DNA of 64,000 bases from Acidobacteriota bacterium (GTDB lineage: Bacteria > Acidobacteriota > UBA6911), in the NCBI GenBank assembly GCA_963664705.1, contig OY761556.1, positions 32,001-96,000 on the forward strand, in the 5' to 3' direction. Made by a program: the position numbers and the translations under genes. Positions 1 to 8,581 of the stretch are shown piece by piece (position 1 is the first letter of the stretch; every line of letters begins with the position of its first letter). A model generated the notes under the pieces. The model had not been told where the DNA came from, searched no databases, and saw nothing but the letters and a program-made list of their open reading frames with translations.

Positions 1-1368
1 CCGGAAGACTGGTGGCGCGCCTGCGGTGTCGCGGTACGGAAAGCCCTTAGAGCTGCACTGTTGGATGCATCGCAAATCGCCTGTGCAGGATTCTCGGGGC
101 AGATGCATGGAGCCGTTATGCTCGATGAGCGCGATGCCGTTGTACGCCCGGCTCTCATCTGGTGCGATGTGCGGACCGAACAGCAATGCCGGAAACTGAC
201 GATGGAAATCGGGGCGGAACGATTGATCCAGCTCACCTGCAATCCGGCTCTGCCCAATTTTACCTTAACCAAGTTTTTGTGGGTCCGTGAAAACGAACCC
301 GGGAACTGGCAGCGCGTCCGTTCTGTTATGCTTCCGAAAGACTATGTCCGCTTCAGGCTGACTGGTGAGCGGGCCATTGACGTGGCGGATGCTTCCGGCA
401 CGCTGCTTCTGGACGTGGCAAAACGATGCTGGTCTGAGGAGATCATCCGCAAAGCTGAAATTGACGCTTCGATGCTCCCGCAGTTATACGAATCGCAGGA
501 AATATGCGGGAGAGTGACCGCCAATGGAGCCGAAGCCACCGGGCTGAAGCCGGGCACTCCCGTTGTCGCGGGAGCCGGAGATCAGGCCGCCGGCGCAACC
601 GGAATGGGAATCGTTGCCCCGGGCAATGTGAGCGCTACGATCGGGACGTCGGGTGTAGTCTTTGCCGCGACTGACCGACCGGCCCTGGATTCAAAGGGAA
701 GGCTGCACACCTTCTGCCACGCCGTGCCGGGACGATGGCACGTCATGGGCGTGACTCAGGCCGCCGGGCTGTCATTACGTTGGTTCAGAGATCAGTTCGG
801 TTCCGGTTTGGACGATGGCCGGGATCCCTATGAGAGGCTTGCCGAGGAGGCATCCCGAGTGCCCGCGGGATCGGACGGATTGCTCTGGGCTCCGTACCTG
901 ATGGGAGAACGCACTCCGCATCTGGACCCGAATGCCCGAGGCGCCCTGGTCGGCTTGACCGCCTCCCATACACGAGGACATGTGATCCGGTCGATTCTTG
1001 AAGGCGTGGCTTTTAGTCTGAAGGATACTTTTACCCTGTTTGCCGGGATGGGCGTTCCTGTCAACAGGATACGGCTCGGCGGGGGAGGGGCGCGATCCCC
1101 TTTGTGGCGGCAGATTCAGGCAGACGTCTATGGAAAAGCCGTAGAGATTGTCGAGGCGGAGGAAGGTGCCGCCTATGGAGCCGCAATTCTTGCGGGCGTT
1201 GGGGCGGGATGCTGGCCTTCAGTGGACCAGGCATGCGAGCGGCTTATCCGTGTGGCCAGTGTCGTTGAGCCCCGGTCCGACAACATGGATCGAATGGCCC
1301 GGCAGTATGAGGCCTATCAAAAGATGTATGGCGCTATTCGTTCAGTGATGCCGTCGTCCGCATACTAA
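1..1368 (+). CDS. xylB: Xylulokinase (FGGY kinase), 5' end truncated by the window
   Basis: Frame open from base 1 (PEDWWRA...); motifs SGQMHG, GAGDQAAGA, IGTSGVV, PYLMGERTPH, GGGARSPLW. Confidence 0.9.
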   Translation, partial: PEDWWRACGVAVRKALRAALLDASQIACAGFSGQMHGAVMLDERDAVVRPALIWCDVRTEQQCRKLTMEIGAERLIQLTCNPALPNFTLTKFLWVRENEPGNWQRVRSVMLPKDYVRFRLTGERAIDVADASGTLLLDVAKRCWSEEIIRKAEIDASMLPQLYESQEICGRVTANGAEATGLKPGTPVVAGAGDQAAGATGMGIVAPGNVSATIGTSGVVFAATDRPALDSKGRLHTFCHAVPGRWHVMGVTQAAGLSLRWFRDQFGSGLDDGRDPYERLAEEASRVPAGSDGLLWAPYLMGERTPHLDPNARGALVGLTASHTRGHVIRSILEGVAFSLKDTFTLFAGMGVPVNRIRLGGGGARSPLWRQIQADVYGKAVEIVEAEEGAAYGAAILAGVGAGCWPSVDQACERLIRVASVVEPRSDNMDRMARQYEAYQKMYGAIRSVMPSSAY

Positions 1369-1454
1369 TTGTGGGTTGTGGCAGCGAAATAATTCAGCCA
1401 CCGGGAGCGCCGCTGTCTCGCCTAATGACGCTTACTTTTTTTCGGGCGGTTTTC

Positions 1455-1522
1455 TTTCGCCCCCTTCAGGGCTCCTATTTTTTTAATATTCTACCAGGGG
1501 TTCGCTCCGCTCACCCCTGGCT
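1455..1522. repeat. REP-like palindromic element, left part, interrupted by the IS
   Basis: CCAGGGG-TTCGCTCCGCTCA-CCCCTGG hairpin ending at the CT where the IS begins; a related uninterrupted inverted copy lies at about 3153-3212. Confidence 0.75.
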
Positions 1523-1613
1523 GATATGGAGTGATCGGTCAAGTACAATCAATCCGTTCCTTGTTCGTTCATTTTGGTTTTCTTCGGTTCATAAATAAAT
1601 CAGCCAGTAAAAA

Positions 1614-1796
1614 GAACAGGGGATCGAGTTGGCAACAGCGACGATAATCAATCTGATATTCGCGGGTCGATAAGCACGCATGACAACTGATTCATCGGGA
1701 GCGGCCTCACTCTACTTCCGTGGATTCTGGTTTCCCATACCAACATAGCCAGGTCGAGGTTTCTCCTTTCGAAGCCTGGAACTCGATCTCCTGTTC
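1614..1796 (-). ncRNA. Putative bridge RNA / seekRNA of the IS1111-type element (ends approximate)
   Basis: 17-bp closing stem with one mismatch (1614-1630 with 1780-1796) enclosing matches to the target (1746-1753, 1712-1716) and to the donor junction (1652-1659). Confidence 0.75.
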
Positions 1797-1868
1797 CGTT
1801 CACTAACCGAATGTTTCCGTTATTAATCCATTGAAGAACAAAATAGCTGCAAGAGCTGGTGCCTTATG

Positions 1869-2963
1869 TCATGCAACGCGACCGATAGCCCAGATAAATC
1901 CTGCCAATTCTCGACTTACCGCAACCGCGATCTTTTGTCTTTCTTTCCCTCGGTTGAGCATGCGTCGGAATTTTTGATTCAATCGCTTATCGCAACGTTG
2001 TGCAATCTCGATAACTTCTGCCGGCAAACACTCTCGTCGTTTCTTGAGAGTTTTGCCAGCTACTGAAGAATGACGGTAGTGCCAGGCGCTTTCGATCAGC
2101 ACCCTACGTAGGTGGCTGTTTCCCGTTTTGGTTATCCTTCCCCGTCTTTCAAGTTCACCTGAGCTGCTTTCCGAAGGCACCACCCCAATAGCGGCCATAA
2201 ACGAAGGCGCATCGACGAACCGTCTTAAATCGAGCGCTTCTGCGATAATCGTCATCGCCGTCAGAACCTGAACACCTTTTAGCGCCATCAAATAGCTGAC
2301 TCGCTTTTGATAGTTCGGCTGTTTTGCAACTTCCTCGATTTTTCCCTGGAATGTTTTCAACCGCTCCGTCTGTTGCTCAAGCGCCTGTCGATATTCCTCC
2401 AGTACTGTTTGATCCCCATCATCCTCAAACACAAGGCTCTTAATCCACTTTAGGTGCCCAAGCGACCAGTTCTTGCCCTGCGGATATTTCAATCCACGTC
2501 GCATCAGAAACCGTGCTAATCGATGCCGTGCTCGCTGCTGGTCTTCCAATGCGTCTTCTCGCGCACGCACCAGATCTCGCAGACTTTCCTGTTCTTTTTG
2601 CGGGATCACAATACATGTTAGTTCTCCCGCTCGGTACAATTTGCCCAAGGCTTTCGCATCCAGCTTATCCGTTTTTACTTTTTTCCCCGCTCGTCTCGGA
2701 GTCAACGAAGGGGCCGCAACATCACAAGAAATCCCATGTTTGGCCAAATAGCGCTGCAAATAGTATCCATTAACGCCCGCTTCGTAGACGCACCGTACAT
2801 CATCTTCAAATGCCCTTAGCTTTTTCGCTAACCGACCCAGCCCCGTACTGTCGTTTGATACAACAAGTTCTTCTCGAGGGTTACTTTCCTGCCCGCGAAA
2901 AATTGCGACGTTTATCTTTTTTGCTGAATCATCCATCCCTACCCAAGTGATACAATCTGCCAT
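1869..2963 (-). CDS. IS110-family DEDD transposase/recombinase
   Basis: WVGMDDS, VYEAG and KTDKLD RuvC-like motifs; C-terminal ESSSG...ITKTGN; RBS GAGGAG precedes the ATG at 2963 (ORF track starts at 2978). Confidence 0.95.
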   Translation of the reverse strand: MADCITWVGMDDSAKKINVAIFRGQESNPREELVVSNDSTGLGRLAKKLRAFEDDVRCVYEAGVNGYYLQRYLAKHGISCDVAAPSLTPRRAGKKVKTDKLDAKALGKLYRAGELTCIVIPQKEQESLRDLVRAREDALEDQQRARHRLARFLMRRGLKYPQGKNWSLGHLKWIKSLVFEDDGDQTVLEEYRQALEQQTERLKTFQGKIEEVAKQPNYQKRVSYLMALKGVQVLTAMTIIAEALDLRRFVDAPSFMAAIGVVPSESSSGELERRGRITKTGNSHLRRVLIESAWHYRHSSVAGKTLKKRRECLPAEVIEIAQRCDKRLNQKFRRMLNRGKERQKIAVAVSRELAGFIWAIGRVA

Positions 2964-3062
2964 GATCGGTCTCCTCATGTTTTATGGCTCTGCAGCTTCG
3001 TCACCACGACTTCAGCTGTAACCCACGATATTACATGCTAGAGACCGATCACTCCATTATGT

Positions 3063-3212
3063 CTACTCTCTTCCGCGCCTCCGGCGCTGGATCTTTGTTC
3101 CATCTATACTAAGCGCCGGGGTTTAAGCGGAAGAGAGTAAATGGAACAAAAATCCAGCCCCGGGAGGGGCGGTCAGAAAATAGCCGGGGGTGAAGCGCAG
3201 CGAACCCCCGGA
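3063..3212. repeat. REP/BIME-like palindrome cluster: right part of the interrupted copy plus an inverted intact copy
   Basis: TACTCTCTTCCGC (3064-3076) pairs with GCGGAAGAGAGTA (3127-3139); GCTGGATCTTTGTTCCAT pairs with ATGGAACAAAAATCCAGC; TAGCCGGGGGTGAAGCGCAGCGAACCCCCGG at 3181-3211. Confidence 0.75.
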
Positions 3213-3242
3213 TTGGACCGCAAGAGCGTTGGCCTTCGTTGC

Positions 3243-3935
3243 TTAACCTATTTCGGCGAATTTATACCCAAGTCCATGCACCGTGATAATCCACTTCGGC
3301 TGCTTGGGATCCTCTTCCAGTTTTTGCCTGAGCCATGCGATGTGAACATCGACGGTGCGAGTGTACGGTACTGAACTATACCCCCATACTTCCTGAAGCA
3401 ATATCTCCCGGCTGATCGTCTCTCCTTCATGGTCGATCAGATAGCGCAGGAGTTGGAACTCCTTGGCGGAAAATTCGACAGGCTTCCCATCCCGCAGGAT
3501 TTCCGTTTTCTTGAAATCGATTGTCACGGGGCCAAACTGGTGGATACGCGGCGCGGAGGCAAAGGTACGCGTGGCTCTCCTCAAAAGTGCCTCAATTCGG
3601 GCCAGGAGTTCAGGCATCTCGAAAGGCTTGGTCAGATAATCGTCTGCGCCGATTTTGAGTCCCTGGACCTTATCCATTGTCTGGGACCGAGCTGTAAGCA
3701 TCAGAATCGGGGTTGCCATTCCCGAGTTGCGAAGGTCCTGGCATATTTCGTATCCGTTTTTATTCGGCAACATGAGATCGAGGAGAATCAAATCGTAGGC
3801 TTGGTTAAGAGCCTGTTCGTATCCGGACTGTCCATCCGAGGATACCTCGACGATGTAGCCTTCCTTGCGCAGTCTGTCTCCAAGCGTCAAACACAAGCCG
3901 GGCTCGTCTTCAATGAGAAGGATTCTGAACTGCAT
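3243..3935 (-). CDS. OmpR/PhoB-family response regulator
   Basis: ILLIEDE, LILLDLMLP, GADDYLTKPF; winged helix RTVDVHIAWLRQKLE. Confidence 0.95.
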   Translation of the reverse strand: MQFRILLIEDEPGLCLTLGDRLRKEGYIVEVSSDGQSGYEQALNQAYDLILLDLMLPNKNGYEICQDLRNSGMATPILMLTARSQTMDKVQGLKIGADDYLTKPFEMPELLARIEALLRRATRTFASAPRIHQFGPVTIDFKKTEILRDGKPVEFSAKEFQLLRYLIDHEGETISREILLQEVWGYSSVPYTRTVDVHIAWLRQKLEEDPKQPKWIITVHGLGYKFAEIG

Positions 3936-5856
3936 GATTTTGATTTCCTTTGTCGGCAGTCGACCTGCCTGGTAGGTGGATTATAAAAACGCTTCCTTTT
4001 CCTCGTGTGCTCTTGACCGATAGGGTGCCTCCCATGGAAACCACGGCTTCACGCACCATGAACAACCCTAGTCCGGTCCCGTGTATCTGGGCGGCGGAAG
4101 CGGCGCTGCCGCGGTAGAATGGTTCGAAAATATGGTCCAGATCTTCGTGATCGATTCCCATTCCTTTATCCTCGACGGAAAGACGAACCTCGGTGCCATG
4201 TTTTGCCCGTGCTTTTTCCGTTCGAATCATCATCCAGCGACTTTCGCCCGAGTACTTCAAAGCGTTTTGTATGAGGTTTTGAATCACATGTGACAGAGCG
4301 GTTGGGTCCACCTGGACGGCAGGCAATTCCAGGTCAAACCTGGTGTCGACAGTGAATCCCGCGGCCTCAATGGCCGGTTTTGCCTGATTAAGAGTTTTTC
4401 TTACGATGCTATTCAGATCTGTATCGCTGAGATTATATTGCCGACGCCCGGAGCGCACGCTGGCGAACTGCAGAATCTGCTCGATCATTGCCGTAAGCTT
4501 CCTGGCTTCGCCGCGAATGAGCTCTCCGTATTTTCGAGCGGAACCGCCCGAATCGTTGACGATTCCATCCGCAAGGTTGTCTCCGGCGGCGCAGATCACC
4601 GTCAGGGGGGTTCGGAGTTCATGGGATACTCCGGCGACGAAATCAATCTGCAGTTTTGCCAACCGTTGTGCGCGCCTTGCGAATACGAGTACCAAAGCCA
4701 TACTGACGGCCAGCAGCAGGAGAATTCCAAAGCTGATGGCAAGGTTGCGGTATCTGGATCTGGCAACAGCTGCGACCAGAGATCCTTCGCGGTGAATCGC
4801 CAGTACTTCCGCGATAGAACCGTCCTGTTCCAAAACCTGGAGAATTCCTGGCCGTTCCGCTTGCGGCGTTGGTTCCGGCCGGAAGCCGAATCCTGGCGGC
4901 GGAGGTTCCTCTCGCCCCGGTCTTTGCCTCTCCGGTCTGCCGGGATCCCTAGGATCAGGGCCCCCGGGCCCCATAGGATTGCCCGGCCTATTGGGATCAT
5001 TGGGCCCAATGGGTCCGGTACGTTCCCGGCCGGCTTCCAGTAGTCTGATACGCGCATCCGGTTTTGAAAAAGATTCCAGCGTCAGTCCAGGATCTGAAGT
5101 ATACAGAAACTCAGACGGAGTCTTCCCGTTTACCACCGCGATGTGGTAAACAAACCCATGAGAGCCTCCAAAGCACCTTCTGGCAAGTTCCGGGAAGATC
5201 TCCTGGCTTAAGACCTTTGGATTCAGCTGCAGCATGACAAACCCGATGAATCGGCGGTCCGGCCTTGTGCCGGATGGCTGAAACTTCACAAGCGGATGGA
5301 GCATCAGCATACTGTCGAGGTTTACAAATCGGTCAAATGGGCGCAGCCCGCGAATCGGAGGAAATGGTTCCAGAAAAAACCGCATCTGTCGGGTGCGGAC
5401 CGATTCAAACTCGGAAGGCCAGCTTTCAACCTCGAACCTTTTGGTCGCGCGGTTCAGATGATAAAGCTCCGATGCTCCGTTTTCTTTTGCAATCCACAGC
5501 CAGACACCGTGAAGCAAGTGAATGTCGGAGTTGCTCAGAATGTTATCGCAACTCACGGCGTAGCTTTGCCAGTCTTCCTGATTCAGGATTGCCATATCCG
5601 GCTGGAAGAGAAAATCAAGCCTCTGGAATTCACCCTGAAACTGCGCCCGGAACTGATTGAGTGCTGTCAGCAGGCTTGCATGCATGCGCTCCTGCTCCGC
5701 TTCTCCGAGTTGGCCACTCCAGCGGTACTGCAGGATTGCAAGCGAGATCAGGATTGTACAGAGCAGGCCTACCAGGATGATGGAGGAGGCTGTGCTCTTG
5801 AAGAAGCCGCTTCTCGAGCTTCTTGGTATTAAACGATTCCATTGGGAGGTTTGCAC
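3910..5856 (-). CDS. Membrane sensor histidine kinase
   Basis: Two TM segments; H-box VSHELRTPL, N-box NLIQNALKY, G-boxes DKGMGI and GTGLGL; overlaps the response regulator. Confidence 0.93.
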   Translation of the reverse strand: MQTSQWNRLIPRSSRSGFFKSTASSIILVGLLCTILISLAILQYRWSGQLGEAEQERMHASLLTALNQFRAQFQGEFQRLDFLFQPDMAILNQEDWQSYAVSCDNILSNSDIHLLHGVWLWIAKENGASELYHLNRATKRFEVESWPSEFESVRTRQMRFFLEPFPPIRGLRPFDRFVNLDSMLMLHPLVKFQPSGTRPDRRFIGFVMLQLNPKVLSQEIFPELARRCFGGSHGFVYHIAVVNGKTPSEFLYTSDPGLTLESFSKPDARIRLLEAGRERTGPIGPNDPNRPGNPMGPGGPDPRDPGRPERQRPGREEPPPPGFGFRPEPTPQAERPGILQVLEQDGSIAEVLAIHREGSLVAAVARSRYRNLAISFGILLLLAVSMALVLVFARRAQRLAKLQIDFVAGVSHELRTPLTVICAAGDNLADGIVNDSGGSARKYGELIRGEARKLTAMIEQILQFASVRSGRRQYNLSDTDLNSIVRKTLNQAKPAIEAAGFTVDTRFDLELPAVQVDPTALSHVIQNLIQNALKYSGESRWMMIRTEKARAKHGTEVRLSVEDKGMGIDHEDLDHIFEPFYRGSAASAAQIHGTGLGLFMVREAVVSMGGTLSVKSTRGKGSVFIIHLPGRSTADKGNQNHAVQNPSH

Positions 5857-6086
5857 GAGCTAATCCTAACCTCGAAGACTTAAAGACTCCAAGTTCAATT
5901 CACAGGTCCTGGCTATTAGATACGGATAAACTGTCTGTGGGTGTCCGGTTTACAAAAACTTTACATTGCTGTCTTTGCGGAAAATTTGGTTGGCAGGTTA
6001 AAACTGAGTTAATTGATGCACCCGCGTGATCCCCGCGCCCTTGAGTGCCGTCTATAGGGATAACAATGCACTCGGGAGTATTAGAC

Positions 6087-6617
6087 ATGAGAGATCATAT
6101 TTATGCAAATCTGCAGTCCGGGAATCACCCGAACTTTTTTCCAGATAATGTCAGAGTGGCCTTGCTCAGCGCGCAGACGGTTGAACGCACGGCTCCCTGG
6201 TTTCTTACCGCATCCCCGGGAGTCGCCAGTTTTTATGTTGTCCTGGGAGGCGGATGCCGGATCTGTGTCGACGGGGATGACGAAGGTGTTTCCCTGCGGA
6301 AGGGAGATCTCGCCGTGTTGTTGCATGGTAAAAGGCACTGGGTGCGAAATGACCGAATCCAGTCGGACCGGAGCATTCTGTATCGCGGACGCTTCGTTTG
6401 GAATGCGCCGGATTCGACGGCTCTGATATCCGGTTTCCCCCCTGTGATCCAGTTCAAGGGTGAGAATGGCATCCTGGTGCCCTGGATGTCGCTGTTCAGC
6501 TGGGTGATGGCCGAGGAACCCCTGCCAGGGGAACCCTATGCGCTGGCGACAATCAATCAGATGGCTTACGCCATCTTCGTGCAGAGCGTGTTGCACACGA
6601 TAGAGCTCAATACATAG
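6087..6617 (+). CDS. AraC-type N-terminal cupin domain protein lacking the HTH (stand-alone or truncated)
   Basis: APW...FYVVLGGGCRI...LRKGDLAVLLHGKRH...IFVQSV resembles a Cupin_6 domain; stops before any HTH. Confidence 0.6.
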   Translation: MRDHIYANLQSGNHPNFFPDNVRVALLSAQTVERTAPWFLTASPGVASFYVVLGGGCRICVDGDDEGVSLRKGDLAVLLHGKRHWVRNDRIQSDRSILYRGRFVWNAPDSTALISGFPPVIQFKGENGILVPWMSLFSWVMAEEPLPGEPYALATINQMAYAIFVQSVLHTIELNT

Positions 6618-6664
6618 AATTCGAGAAACTGGTAGCGGCCTTCTTGCCGCCAATCTCCCGAATT

Positions 6665-8581
6665 CTAGGTTTCGGCTGCAAAATCGGATTCCAGAATTTC
6701 AAGTTTCTGATCCTGCATGCCGTACAGCTTGGCATAAAAGCCGCCGGGTTTCAGAATCAGCTCATCATGCGTGCCTGATTCTACGATCCTTCGGTTGTGC
6801 ACTACCAGGACCTGATCCGCATTGCGAATCGTTGACAGGCGATGTGCAATAATGAAACTGGTTCGTCCCTTCATCAGCCGGATCAATCCCTCCTGGATGT
6901 GCGATTCGGTCAAGCTGTCCACGCTGGAAGTTGCCTCGTCCAGTATCAGAATGCGTGGATCGGCAAGGATGGCGCGCGCGATTCCCAGCAATTGACGTTC
7001 GCCCTGCGACAGATTGTTCCCCCGTTCGGACAGAACCGTGTCGTACCCGTGCGGCAGGCGAGAAATGAAATAGTGTGCATTTGCGGTTTTCGCAGCCGCA
7101 ATCATCTGTTCTTCGGAGGCATCGGGCCGGGCATAGAGCAGGTTCTCACGAATGGTCGTAGCAAAGAAGAAAGGTTCCTGAAGAACCACTCCCATTTTTG
7201 TTCGCAGGTCATCAATCCTCAGTTCGCGGATATCTGTGCCATCGACGGAGATGTGCCCCGTGCGGACATCATAGAATCGGCTCAGCAGGTTGATCAGCGT
7301 TGTTTTCCCCGCGCCGGTCGGACCAACGATTGCAACGACCTGTCCGGGTTTCGTCTGGAAACGGATACCTTCCAGGACCTGCTTCCCCTCTTCATAGGCA
7401 AACCCGACATCATGGAATTCAACATTGCCCCGGATATCGGCCAGCGGGAGCGCTCCCGGTTTTTCAACGACCTCCGGTTTCATGTCCATCATTTCAAACA
7501 GGCGCTCCGCCCCAGCAAGCGCTGATTGAATCATGCTGTACACCTGCGTAATCTGTCGCAGGGGTTCAAAGAATCGCTGAGAGTAAAGAATGAATGCGGT
7601 CAGAAGGCCGACGGAAACGCCGGTAGCCAAAGCTGCGGTGCCGGCGCCGGCGGCCTGGGCTGCGGTGGCCTTGAGCGCGAGATAGCCGCCTATCCCGACA
7701 ATCAGTGCGAGAGTCAGAGACGTCATGAAGTTCATCAGGGGCATGAAAGCATAGGAAATCAACTCCGCTTCGACGCCGATTCGCTGACTGGTATCGTTGA
7801 TTTTGTCGAATTTGGAGAACTCGGCTTCCTCGCGGCGGAACGTCTTGGTGACCTTGACTCCTGAGATCGATTCTTCAATGTTTGCCGTCAGCTTGCCTAC
7901 CCATTCCTGGTTTTTCCGAAAAGCGCTTCGTATTTTTTTGCCGATGATTCCGGTCAGGATAGCCATCACCGGCACCACGGCAAGCACGACGAAAGTCATC
8001 GGAACAGAAAGTATAAACATGGCAACCAGGACAGTGATCATGGACAGCAGACCGCCGATCAAGCTGGAGAATCCGTTGTTCATCGCATTAAAAATCATCT
8101 CGATGTCGTTGGTCATGCGGCTGATAAAATCGCCGATCCCCCGTTTATCAAAGGAGCCCATCGAGAGTGTCTGGATGTGGGCGAATGAATCCTCGCGCAG
8201 GCGATATACGATGTTGTTTGAAAGGCGAGTCATCAGGATGCCCGACCCGGCGTCTGCAATCCAGGATCCCAGGATGGTAGCCAGGATGATTTTCATCCGG
8301 TAAACGAAATCGGGCAGATTCTTCGACAGTTCCAGGTCGTATTTGATTGCCTCGCCGATCAGGGCAGGGCCCAGGGTCCGGAGCAGCGTTCCGGCCGCGA
8401 TGAACACAGTGGAGGCTACCATCAGGAACCGGTATGGTCCGAAATAGCCGATAAGGCGCCGCATGGTTTTACGATAATCCCTGGGAGCCTCGATATGCGG
8501 TTGCCAGGGATTGCGCGGAGGGCCTCCCGGCCGGGATCCGCCGCCTTGCTGGGGCTTGCCTGGTGCTTTAGATGCGCTCAT
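6665..8581 (-). CDS. ABC exporter, fused TMD-NBD (heterodimer subunit)
   Basis: GPTGAGKT, LSQGERQ, ILDEAT, IAHRL. Confidence 0.93.
   Translation of the reverse strand: MSASKAPGKPQQGGGSRPGGPPRNPWQPHIEAPRDYRKTMRRLIGYFGPYRFLMVASTVFIAAGTLLRTLGPALIGEAIKYDLELSKNLPDFVYRMKIILATILGSWIADAGSGILMTRLSNNIVYRLREDSFAHIQTLSMGSFDKRGIGDFISRMTNDIEMIFNAMNNGFSSLIGGLLSMITVLVAMFILSVPMTFVVLAVVPVMAILTGIIGKKIRSAFRKNQEWVGKLTANIEESISGVKVTKTFRREEAEFSKFDKINDTSQRIGVEAELISYAFMPLMNFMTSLTLALIVGIGGYLALKATAAQAAGAGTAALATGVSVGLLTAFILYSQRFFEPLRQITQVYSMIQSALAGAERLFEMMDMKPEVVEKPGALPLADIRGNVEFHDVGFAYEEGKQVLEGIRFQTKPGQVVAIVGPTGAGKTTLINLLSRFYDVRTGHISVDGTDIRELRIDDLRTKMGVVLQEPFFFATTIRENLLYARPDASEEQMIAAAKTANAHYFISRLPHGYDTVLSERGNNLSQGERQLLGIARAILADPRILILDEATSSVDSLTESHIQEGLIRLMKGRTSFIIAHRLSTIRNADQVLVVHNRRIVESGTHDELILKPGGFYAKLYGMQDQKLEILESDFAAET

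Larger units (their letters stand above)
1523..3064 (-). mobile_element. IS110 family, IS1111-group insertion sequence (about 1.54 kb)
   Basis: Perfect 15-bp sub-terminal inverted repeats ATGGAGTGATCGGTC (1526-1540) and GACCGATCACTCCAT (3043-3057), set 3 and 7 bp in from the ends; CT at both junctions (1521-22, 3063-64); DEDD transposase; long non-coding region downstream of the transposase. Confidence 0.93.
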
